From Candidatus Woesearchaeota archaeon (GTDB lineage Archaea > Nanobdellota > Nanobdellia > Woesearchaeales > UBA11576): DNA of 64,000 nt. The DNA lies in NCBI GenBank assembly GCA_013203345.1, contig JABMQF010000062.1:2490-66489 (forward strand), written 5' to 3'. Positions 28,372 through 37,137 of this stretch are shown here, one piece after another. The position numbers and the translations under genes are program-made. The stretch's first letter is position 1, and the number at the start of each line of letters is the position of its first letter. The notes under the pieces are model-generated. The model was not told the origin of the DNA, made no database searches, and saw only the letters and a program-made list of their open reading frames with translations.

Positions 28372-28911
28372 CTACGGGTGATCATCAAACATATCATGCT
28401 TATACCCTACTGATCTTAACAGACGCATCGAATGCACCACATTTTCAACAAGCTCTTCTGATGGTGAAGAGTATAGCTCCTTGTTGGGTGTCTCCTTCAT
28501 CTGCTCCTGAACATTATTATAAAGTTCTTTGGTCTGGTCATAAACTTCCTGAAATGTCTTATCAGGCGGGGCTGTTCCCTGAACATACCAGTTCTGTATC
28601 TCATCTATAGTTCCTTTAGGCAGGACCTCCTGAATCATCCTTGCATAATCTGTCCCGCCATCCTGTTTTATCTTAATATCCTCTTCCAGATTTTCTGTCT
28701 GTTCAAAAAGCTTGTCTATATCAACATCTTCATCAGGAATATCTATCTCCTGCAACATCTCATCCAGCTTTATCTCGTCAATAGACTGCTCTTTGACTTT
28801 CTTCTCTTCAATCTCCTGCTGCTTTCTTTTCTTCTCAACCTCCTTTAGCCTGTCAAGTCTCTCTTTTGGAGGAAGCCTTCGAATCTGTTCAATCGTAAGA
28901 TCCTTAACCAT
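28372..28911 (-). CDS. Acidic helical hypothetical protein
   Basis: MVKDLTIEQIRRLPPKERLDRLKEVEKK..; its ATG overlaps the upstream stop codon. Confidence 0.75.
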   Translation of the reverse strand: MVKDLTIEQIRRLPPKERLDRLKEVEKKRKQQEIEEKKVKEQSIDEIKLDEMLQEIDIPDEDVDIDKLFEQTENLEEDIKIKQDGGTDYARMIQEVLPKGTIDEIQNWYVQGTAPPDKTFQEVYDQTKELYNNVQEQMKETPNKELYSSPSEELVENVVHSMRLLRSVGYKHDMFDDHP

Positions 28912-30380
28912 CACCACGTCACCATTCTATGAGCCTTCTTGAAATTCTTGTACGTGTTCCATAATGGAGGTCGCATAGCACCTATAGCCGCACTCTTGTT
29001 TTTATTAGCCTGCCACTCAGGAATCTCTGCTTTGGATTTCTTCTCCCTTTGAGGTACCATCGCGCCGAATATCTCTTTGAATCCTCCAAGCACAGCGATG
29101 AAAGGCTCAGCTGCACCCATCATATTCTGATGTCGCTTTTTCTCTGCGGCCTGTTTCTCCTCTTTTTCCTTCTCTTCATCCTCAGGGAATTTCTCACCTG
29201 CCTCTTTCAAGTATTTACGAAGGTCATCCCCAAGAGAATCCAAAGACTCCTTCAGGGAAGAATCTATTTCACCGATCATATCCATAGTCTCATCTTTTCT
29301 CATCTGAATATACTTTTCAAGTTCCTTGTCTGTCCAGGCGTAACCTCTCAGAGTGAACTCAGACCTGCCTACGTGAACAGGACCCTTGTGCTGATATCCG
29401 TCCTGATGGAAGTCCATGTGCGGCTGTGTCCTGAACAAAAGCTGAAGAGCCACAACCGCGTGATGTGTCTTATTGATCTTATTTGTGCAGAGTATCTCTA
29501 TCTCTGTGAAGCTACCCTCAAAAGCACCGATAAGATCCTCACTCTCAGACCTTGCAAAGTTCTGCTGAAGTCTCTTGACATTTCTAAGGTAAGGCTTGAC
29601 CCAGTTTATGTAAAGCTGTATAGAATTATAATGCTGACGCAAATATTTTATTGTGAAATTCTTTCTGTTGGCCAGCTCCGTTGTTGTGTACTCTTTCCAA
29701 ACACAGTACGCCTGGAGCTTCCTTTTCAGAACGCCTTTCACCTTATCATTGAACTTAAGATCGTTAACATATTTGTCGACTTCATCTTTAGTCATAGGAG
29801 GTGCTGCGAAGAACAGATCAGGAAGTGTTGTGTATCCAAGAGTTGTGGCAAGACCATATACAGATCCAGGGGCTTTTACACCTCCATCCTTGAGATCAAC
29901 CCAATACCCTCTCAACACTATCTCAGCAGAAACACTTCTCCGCCGTTCAAGCACGTTTTTTGCATCCTTGATTGCCTTGTTGCTCTCATGATACATATTG
30001 AGTCTTTCATCAAGTATCCTTATCTCACGCACCAACTGGAAAAGATCCTTTACCATCTTGGCTATTGTAGCAAGGTAGTTTGATACCTGTCCCTGCTGAA
30101 GCTGAAGCCTCTGCTGAGAAGCACCCCAAAACGCAGACTGCTCAGAAGCAGAGAATATATCCGTGACCTTGTATACAGTATGCAGTCCAAAATCATCACG
30201 CAGGCTCGACAAAAGCCAAAAATAAACCTCTTCAACAGACTGATTAAAAGACTGATAGACAAGCTTGAGACGATTCTCTGGCTTAGGCATGTTGAGGATC
30301 TTTACTGGAGGCTTACCCCTAGTCTTCTCCTCATAATCATAATCCTTAAATCCGTATTTCTTATCTTTGCAGTCAATCAT
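28911..30380 (-). CDS. Large helical hypothetical protein (489 aa), first gene of the operon
   Basis: Long ORF with coiled-coil segments; promoter at 30418-30466. Confidence 0.85.
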   Translation of the reverse strand: MIDCKDKKYGFKDYDYEEKTRGKPPVKILNMPKPENRLKLVYQSFNQSVEEVYFWLLSSLRDDFGLHTVYKVTDIFSASEQSAFWGASQQRLQLQQGQVSNYLATIAKMVKDLFQLVREIRILDERLNMYHESNKAIKDAKNVLERRRSVSAEIVLRGYWVDLKDGGVKAPGSVYGLATTLGYTTLPDLFFAAPPMTKDEVDKYVNDLKFNDKVKGVLKRKLQAYCVWKEYTTTELANRKNFTIKYLRQHYNSIQLYINWVKPYLRNVKRLQQNFARSESEDLIGAFEGSFTEIEILCTNKINKTHHAVVALQLLFRTQPHMDFHQDGYQHKGPVHVGRSEFTLRGYAWTDKELEKYIQMRKDETMDMIGEIDSSLKESLDSLGDDLRKYLKEAGEKFPEDEEKEKEEKQAAEKKRHQNMMGAAEPFIAVLGGFKEIFGAMVPQREKKSKAEIPEWQANKNKSAAIGAMRPPLWNTYKNFKKAHRMVTW

Positions 30381-30417
30381 TTTTATGTCTCAACCAATAA
30401 TATTATGCCCATATATG

Positions 30418-30466
30418 TTTATAAACATTATGGTGCTGATTCTGATGAAAACGTGACATATCTGCC
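30418..30466 (-). promoter_or_regulatory. GAC-N6-GTCAC-type site plus TATA box (minus strand)
   Basis: Minus-strand GGC-AGATAT-GTCAC ends at 30453; TTTATAAA starts at 30425. Confidence 0.6.
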
Positions 30467-30470
30467 CGGT

Positions 30471-30740
30471 TTATCGTTTATACAACACGACGACAAAACC
30501 TACCTGCTCAACAATCTCTGAATCAGTACTATTCGCAAGGTCCTTTGCAGCAGCCTTTTTGTCGTTAGAGTCTAAAAAAGACCTCAAAAACTTTATCTTC
30601 ACGATCTTTCTCTTTGTGACGAGCTTCTTTATCTGTGCCACAACCGATTCTGTCAAGCCATTCTTACCAATCCGGACAAGAGGCTCCAATGCATTTGCCT
30701 TCTGCTTCAACTTTTTTATTTCATCCTTTGTCAATACCAT
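30471..30740 (-). CDS. yhbY: YhbY / CRM-domain RNA-binding protein
   Basis: LKQKANALEPLVRIGKNGLTESV..VKIKFL..IVEQVGFVVVLYK. Confidence 0.9.
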   Translation of the reverse strand: MVLTKDEIKKLKQKANALEPLVRIGKNGLTESVVAQIKKLVTKRKIVKIKFLRSFLDSNDKKAAAKDLANSTDSEIVEQVGFVVVLYKR

Positions 30741-30760
30741 ATAAAACAATCCTCCTGATA

Positions 30761-30796
30761 ATATCTAACAACATATCTAACAACATATCTAATAAC
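30761..30796. repeat. 12-bp tandem repeat, three copies (ATATCTAACAAC)
   Basis: Two perfect copies plus ATATCTAATAAC, overlapping the antiporter stop codon. Confidence 0.8.
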
Positions 30797-32480
30797 CCAA
30801 ATGTGTAGGGTGTTCATGTCCCTGATCACGCCGGGCTACAAGATCGTTGATGTGCCTGTACTTATGCATAAGCATCTGAAGCTGATTTTCCTCAAAGTCA
30901 GGTATCAGCTGCGACACCATCTCACCTCCAAGGAAATGAGGCAATATAACATACTCTGCCCCGCATTTGTAAAGCTCAAGAGCCTCCTCTATCTTATGTG
31001 CAGTCACAAGAGTGACTATATGCGAATTCGCAGCCTTCACTTTCTGCAATAACAACAGGTTATCCTTAAAATCATTTGCTGTTGAAATCAAAAGCCGCGT
31101 GTTCTCAAGGTCAAGTCGAGACATAATCTCAGGATCACAAACATCACCATATATGCATTGCACACCCATAGCACGAAGTTTCCTGATGATATCAGGATTG
31201 AAATCAACAACCATCACATTCCTTTTCTTGGCCATAAGAGACTTAAGCACACTATACCCTATGCGATCATAACCGCAAAGTATTGCATCATAAGATCCGG
31301 TCACACACCGAATTTTGGACCTGGACACATCGACCCTGAAACGACTTAAAAGGGATGTAAAACTTCTGTACATGCGACTCTCAAAACTCATAAAGTATGA
31401 TGTGAAACTCATGCTAAATACAGCAAGCAGCAAAGTAAGAGTCAGTATGCTTGTAGGCACAACACCTGCAGCAACCCCTCCGAGCACGATTATCAACGAG
31501 AACTCAGATACCTGAGCAAGGGATGCGGCTGTTATAAAACTTGTCCTTGGCTTAAGCTTCATTGCAAGAAGTACCAGCATAATGATTACAGGCTTCAACA
31601 TAACAACAAGCACGAGCAGTACAATCAAAGGCAGTATCAATGACCCGACACCTTCAAATGTCAACTGAAGACCTAGTGATGTAAAAAAAAGTATTGAAAA
31701 GAAATCCCTTAAAGGCCTCACCTTGCCAGCAATCTCTATACTGTAAGGAAGGTTTGCGAGAAGCACTCCTGCAAAAAACGCACCTATTGTTATCGACAAA
31801 CCCAGGGAATAGAATAGAAGTGCGAAAAGGAAACATACGCTCAACGCCATGCTGAGTATCAACTCCCTGGAACGGGCAGCAAAATGGAAAATCTGTGGAA
31901 AAACATACTTGCTGAGAAGTATGCCTGAACCGACGATGATAGCAAGCTTAAGCATGATTGAATAGCCGAAAGATACGCTCGATACAGATGTCAAATAAGA
32001 TAATGCGCTTATCGCAAGGATGTCCTGCACCACTAAGATGCCAATAGCAAGCCTACCATGAAGCGTATCAGTCTCTGCATTGTCTGAAAGTATCTTTATC
32101 ACAATCATTGTGCTGCTGAACGCAAGCACTATGCCTATGTAGACTGCTTCAATACTCTGGAATCCGAGAAGTAATGAAACAAAATAACCAACTATGAATA
32201 CTGCGGCAACCTGAAGTGTTCCTGCAAGAAGAGATACAATACCCATATCTTTGATCTTGCGGAATTCCATCTCAAGTCCGACCATGAATAAAAGGAATGC
32301 TATACCCATCTCACTAAGATTAGATATCAACTCGTGGTTTGTCACAAGACTGAATACATTTCCTATAATTATACCAGAAACTATGTAAGCAGGTATCAGC
32401 GGCTGTCTCAGAAGTTTCGCAAGATAGGATCCAATTCCGGCAAAGATGACCAACATACCTATCTCAAAAAATATGTCCAT
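30789..32480 (-). CDS. CPA2 family (Kef-type) K+/H+ antiporter with a TrkA-N/RCK domain
   Basis: GIAFLLFMVGLE, AFSST, QD and RDFF motifs; ILCGYDRIG Rossmann-type RCK domain. Confidence 0.92.
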   Translation of the reverse strand: MDIFFEIGMLVIFAGIGSYLAKLLRQPLIPAYIVSGIIIGNVFSLVTNHELISNLSEMGIAFLLFMVGLEMEFRKIKDMGIVSLLAGTLQVAAVFIVGYFVSLLLGFQSIEAVYIGIVLAFSSTMIVIKILSDNAETDTLHGRLAIGILVVQDILAISALSYLTSVSSVSFGYSIMLKLAIIVGSGILLSKYVFPQIFHFAARSRELILSMALSVCFLFALLFYSLGLSITIGAFFAGVLLANLPYSIEIAGKVRPLRDFFSILFFTSLGLQLTFEGVGSLILPLIVLLVLVVMLKPVIIMLVLLAMKLKPRTSFITAASLAQVSEFSLIIVLGGVAAGVVPTSILTLTLLLAVFSMSFTSYFMSFESRMYRSFTSLLSRFRVDVSRSKIRCVTGSYDAILCGYDRIGYSVLKSLMAKKRNVMVVDFNPDIIRKLRAMGVQCIYGDVCDPEIMSRLDLENTRLLISTANDFKDNLLLLQKVKAANSHIVTLVTAHKIEEALELYKCGAEYVILPHFLGGEMVSQLIPDFEENQLQMLMHKYRHINDLVARRDQGHEHPTHLGY

Positions 32481-32481
32481 A

Positions 32482-32643
32482 TCAAATCACCTTCCTGCTG
32501 GCTGCCAGCTTCAGAACAATGTTACCACTATCGTCCAACTCAATCTTTATTTCAGAACCTTTTTCCCAGCCTTTGGCATCAACCAGCGCTTTAGGTAGCG
32601 TTATCTTGTACTGCTTGTTGTTGTCAAACTGCAACTTTACCAC
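32482..32643 (-). CDS. AbrB/MazE/SpoVT family small DNA-binding protein (53 aa; not in the ORF track)
   Basis: GTG start; MVKLQFDNNKQYKITLPKALVDAKGWEKGSEIKIELDDSGNIVLK. Confidence 0.8.
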   Translation of the reverse strand: MVKLQFDNNKQYKITLPKALVDAKGWEKGSEIKIELDDSGNIVLKLAASRKVI

Positions 32644-32664
32644 TGGTATCACTTCTGGAAGGAA

Positions 32665-32786
32665 GACATATTGAGGCAGCGCATGTTCAAAGCATCATTG
32701 CGCCATTTGAAGGATTTCAATATTCACGGAGGTGTCAGCGCACCAAGTCAAGTCAGTGTTATTAGCAGCGCCGCCTCGTATATGTC
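32665..32786 (-). ncRNA. Candidate structured leader RNA upstream of abrB-kef
   Basis: Closing stem GACAUAU-GAGGCGGCGC / GCGCUGCCUC-AUAUGUC (the G-U pair works only on the minus strand) encloses several hairpins. Confidence 0.4.
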
Positions 32787-33173
32787 CAACCTCTTTTTCC
32801 CTTACTGAACTAGGTTATTGATGGGCTAGGCCCACTTAAATATGTATAATTTTAGGCATTTATTTATGCTTTATTTAATGTATTAAGATATGCTTAGAAA
32901 TATACATACTACTATTTAAATGTTCTGATTAATTGCTCCACATAGGCTGAAAGCGTGAGAAAGCCGCAAAAGCCCTTTTCAGCGAATCTGGACTGGTTGT
33001 TTTCTGTTTTTAGTGCAAAAAACTCGTGCAGTTCATACAAAACACTTTATAAAATCAGTTTCTATTATATTTTAGTAAAAATACTGTGAGGAATATTTAT
33101 ATTACATGTCTGCCTAATAGGTGTAGAAAGAGATGAGCAAAAAATCGGTCTTCAAAATTTCGAGGCAAACAAA

Positions 33174-34529
33174 ATGGAACAAGAATACAACCAAAACAAA
33201 TCAAACATCTCAAAGACACATAGTGATAGCAGACTTGAGAAAGCCTTGGAAATCACGATGAATGTCGGCACAGGAAATAAAGATATACACCCACTTTACG
33301 ATCAACTCAGTGAGCAGTCAAGTATAGTTGACAGCAACCAGACAATAAAAGAGAATTATGTGTTAGGTATACCCCTTCACAATACCCACCTGGATGGGTC
33401 GATTGAAATCCTGTATAAGACAAAGCACAACTGTGATACTGAACCTCTTAAAGAGCAGAAAGGAGGACAGAGCAGGAGCTATATTGCGTCCCAGAAATAC
33501 ATCGATGATGAAGGAAACGATAATTACCAGAATATATTTGTCAAACTTATCCTACCACACTCTGATGAAGAAGGTACAAGGGAGTGCGAGATACACAGCG
33601 ACCTATCAAGCAAGACCAACGCAGTCCCGAAGTTCAGGCATAGAGACCGTATAAAAATAGATAACGGCAGGCACATGTACGCCTTATGTATGGAGAATGT
33701 AGAGGGAAAAGAGTTGTCAGATTATATCCACGACGACAACACATCTGAAAGAGATAAACTATACCTAATCGCAAAAACCGCAAGAGCTGTCGGGGAGATC
33801 CACAACGCAGGATATGTGCACTGGGACCTTAAGAACAGCAATGTCAGAGTAACAGAAGATATGGATGTCAAGGTAATTGACTTCGGCCTTTCAAAGAAGA
33901 TAGGAGATGACGGAAACACAGGATATATTAGCGGCACACCAGAAAACCTGACACCAGAGCATTTCACAGAAAAAAGCGATCCGCGCATGGACATAAATGC
34001 GCTGGGCGGCATGTTGATGGAACTTCTCGTAGGAAAAACACACATCCACGCGACTGCATCAGAGATACGCTACTCAACACCTGAAAGAATAAGCTCAGTA
34101 GTCCTTCCAAAAATATATGACGCAATAAAGAACGAGACATACCTGAAGAAAGATGATAATGGAAATGTTGTGCGGCTTCAGAACGAGAATCCTAAGACAG
34201 ACCTGACACTCAAAAACATGAGCCAAGACATAACAGACCTTATATCGAGATGCGTAAGGGCAGACCCTAATCTCAGGTATCAGACCTGCGACGAGGTCGC
34301 TGAAGAAGCAGAACGCATAGTCAATAAGATGGATATGCACGCAGTCCTTAGTGAACTTGCGACAATGGATCTAGCTGAGATGAAATATGATGATACAGTA
34401 AGTATAGAGGAAATCAATGGGTTCAATGACCTGGTCCTTTCATGCACAGAAGAGGGTGAGCCGCAACGAGAGATGGATTTCCAGGTCTATGTAAATAGTC
34501 AATTCTCAGAAATGAGAGAAGCATGCTAA
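33174..34529 (+). CDS. Hanks-type Ser/Thr protein kinase (soluble)
   Basis: GGQS loop, FVKL, HWDLKNSN, IDFGLS, GTPENLTPE and DINALG motifs. Confidence 0.9.
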   Translation: MEQEYNQNKSNISKTHSDSRLEKALEITMNVGTGNKDIHPLYDQLSEQSSIVDSNQTIKENYVLGIPLHNTHLDGSIEILYKTKHNCDTEPLKEQKGGQSRSYIASQKYIDDEGNDNYQNIFVKLILPHSDEEGTRECEIHSDLSSKTNAVPKFRHRDRIKIDNGRHMYALCMENVEGKELSDYIHDDNTSERDKLYLIAKTARAVGEIHNAGYVHWDLKNSNVRVTEDMDVKVIDFGLSKKIGDDGNTGYISGTPENLTPEHFTEKSDPRMDINALGGMLMELLVGKTHIHATASEIRYSTPERISSVVLPKIYDAIKNETYLKKDDNGNVVRLQNENPKTDLTLKNMSQDITDLISRCVRADPNLRYQTCDEVAEEAERIVNKMDMHAVLSELATMDLAEMKYDDTVSIEEINGFNDLVLSCTEEGEPQREMDFQVYVNSQFSEMREAC

Positions 34530-34876
34530 TTACGTTTCAAATTTTTAATAACAGTACCCACATCTCTTATGCTACCCCCTTTGATTACCAGGACACCGCA
34601 AGCTATCAACAACAGACCCTGGAGGATTGGAAGAAAAAGACCTACTACACCCATCATGATCAGAATGATACCAAGAGACATTTGCACCGCTTTTTTCATG
34701 AAAGAGTATAAAGAGGACTTCTATTTAAAGCCCGTGGAGTTGTTATAGGTGTTTTTAACCACTAAACAGTAATTACTAACCGAAACTTTTAAATAGGAAA
34801 TCATGTTTTCAACAAGATATATAATATAGTGAAAAAAAAGAGTTCTACGATAATTGAAGAAATACAAGGTAGAAAA

Positions 34877-37081
34877 ATGAAAAATAAACAAGTTAACCGG
34901 ACACTTGAACGCATCGCAAGACATAACTCGCTGAAAAACAGAATAACTAAAGGTCTGACCAAAGCGACAATCATAGGATTCGGATTAGCAGGAATCAACT
35001 CATGCGCAACAGATAAAGAATCAAGAGACGCAGGAGAAGATGCACAATACAGCGATACAAGCTATGATGCAACAATACCTGGAATAGATGCTGAATCTCA
35101 CCAAGAGGTTGACGCAGACAGTCCAACAGATAATACCATACAATTTTCTGGAATTGACATCGAAGGCAGTGTAGAATCACCAACCGACGATCCTGATCTA
35201 TGCATACTAATCACAGAGAACTACAAAAACAAACCTGGCGCTGATACAGGATACAGAAATCAAGCATCCGCTGAACAAGGACTAGACAGGACTGTCGAGC
35301 TTGCACAGCAATACAGTTTTGCAAACATAACTACTACAGGAATGACATCACTTGACGGCAGAGGCTGGAGAAACCGACAACTACAGGAAAGAAGAGGAAA
35401 CAGTGCAGCGAGTGAAGTGACAACAAGACTGGCAACCGCAAACTACGAAGCACAAGTCACTGTCAATCAAGGCGGATCAACAACTGCAAGAGGTGCCCCT
35501 GCAAGAAACAGATTTGGACTTGTAATCGCAGGAGATAATTCTTTCACTTATGATAATAGCAACAGATCACATCGACAAGCGATACGTACCATTGAAGACG
35601 GAGAGGTACGATGCTTTGATATTGATGAAAGTAATCTGATTCCATACGGTGAGCAGGCAACAGTTACAACAAACATCACACCATCTGCAGGATCGCAAAG
35701 AGCACGAGCAGAGCCGAGAACACCAAGAACGCAGAGACAAGCAAGAACTGTCAGAAGGACACATGAACCTACAGAAGAAACAAACACTGCAGAAGAAACA
35801 TACACTGCGCCGACAACACCAACAACACCGCAACGCGAGCAACTCAGCCCTGAACTTGAACGGGTAAGAGGAACACCTATCGTCACCGACGCAATGATTG
35901 AAAGGATGATGAGACAGGCGCGCGGAGACGGATTTGAAGATCCGGTTGTAGAGCCTGAACCAGAAACTCCTCGCAGGGATTACCAAGATACTCCTGCCGC
36001 ACCTACTCGTGTTGATACTGAAAGAGCTGAGCCTCAAGCAGCAGCACAGCCTGAACATGACTGGCTCTCGAAAATGCATGTACCAAGTGCGGCTGATGCT
36101 GAGAGAGAAGCAGAACAGAATCAGCGTGCAGCAGCAGCAAGAGCAGCAGCAGCAACCGCTCCTGTTACCAGGAGAAGAATGCGTGCTAAGACCCGCAACG
36201 TACTTGAATCTGAATTAAGAACCACATCCGCAAGTACATCACGAGCAACCAGAGAACTGGAAGAAGCAGAAGATCTGATGTCCTTAATTGAAAGAGAATG
36301 TGGAACAACTGGAACAGGCAACAGTCTCTGTAACAGAGATGAGTTTGCACCATACTGCAGGACTGATGAAAATGGACGTCAGACACCAATAGGGCCGCAA
36401 GTAACCAGGGATGAAGTAAACAGGGCATGCGAGCACTATGGTCAGGGATGTGAAAGGGCCAGTGACTCTCAAGCTGTCAGTACACTCTTGAATTCAATAA
36501 GTCACGAAGCATCAGATGATGCTGTTGGTAGAACAATAGTCAAGGTAAGCAGCGCATGCAATATGGCACTGATCGCAGCAGATAGGCAACAGCTCAATGA
36601 CGCCAGCGAGCAATTGCGAAGAGCAAGAGAAGAATCCTACAGTATAAGAGACAGGCTTGAAGAACTTGGAATACGTCATTCAAACCATAAAGGTGACAAG
36701 AGCTCGTTCAAGGATCTTGACAGTTTATCTCTATCTGGCAATTATACTTCAAGAGGACACAGCTATGCTGCTGTGCTGGATGAGTACACAAGAACAGATG
36801 CTGACAGGCTAAACGTCGCTGATATTGAAGGGCTTGATAAAGTACTTTTAGCTATGCCTGAGTTCAGGCGTGCGAGGTCAAGGCTTGATCATGAAGAAAG
36901 GCTTGAACGGCAAAGGTATGTAGGCATCCGATCGAGTGAGGGCGCAACAGTCAAGCAGATAGCTCAAGAAGTTTCTCACCAGTTCGATAGGGAATACAGC
37001 CAGAGCACAATCAGAAGAGATAAGAAAGAGTATCAGAACAATATCAGAAGCGAGAACACACCTCAGCAAAGGGCTGTGTAA
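34877..37081 (+). CDS. Lipoprotein-like protein with an OmpA-like domain, a Pro/Thr/Ala/Arg linker, a Cys-rich region and a C-terminal HTH-like segment
   Basis: IIGFGLAGINSC lipobox-like sequence; ITTTGMTSLDG..RNRQLQERRGNSA..RNR; ATVKQIAQEV..YSQSTIRRD. Confidence 0.6.
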   Translation: MKNKQVNRTLERIARHNSLKNRITKGLTKATIIGFGLAGINSCATDKESRDAGEDAQYSDTSYDATIPGIDAESHQEVDADSPTDNTIQFSGIDIEGSVESPTDDPDLCILITENYKNKPGADTGYRNQASAEQGLDRTVELAQQYSFANITTTGMTSLDGRGWRNRQLQERRGNSAASEVTTRLATANYEAQVTVNQGGSTTARGAPARNRFGLVIAGDNSFTYDNSNRSHRQAIRTIEDGEVRCFDIDESNLIPYGEQATVTTNITPSAGSQRARAEPRTPRTQRQARTVRRTHEPTEETNTAEETYTAPTTPTTPQREQLSPELERVRGTPIVTDAMIERMMRQARGDGFEDPVVEPEPETPRRDYQDTPAAPTRVDTERAEPQAAAQPEHDWLSKMHVPSAADAEREAEQNQRAAAARAAAATAPVTRRRMRAKTRNVLESELRTTSASTSRATRELEEAEDLMSLIERECGTTGTGNSLCNRDEFAPYCRTDENGRQTPIGPQVTRDEVNRACEHYGQGCERASDSQAVSTLLNSISHEASDDAVGRTIVKVSSACNMALIAADRQQLNDASEQLRRAREESYSIRDRLEELGIRHSNHKGDKSSFKDLDSLSLSGNYTSRGHSYAAVLDEYTRTDADRLNVADIEGLDKVLLAMPEFRRARSRLDHEERLERQRYVGIRSSEGATVKQIAQEVSHQFDREYSQSTIRRDKKEYQNNIRSENTPQQRAV

Positions 37082-37137
37082 AACATTAATTTTTTTAATT
37101 TCTTTTGATTTATTTAAAATTCATTCATCATATTTAT

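Noticed and set aside
29049..30083. 344-aa plus-strand ORF
   Set aside because: Antisense shadow of the 489-aa operon gene, with atypical composition and no promoter or ribosome-binding site.
34523..34711. 62-aa ORF after the kinase
   Set aside because: Short and without motifs; cannot be supported, although it cannot be excluded.
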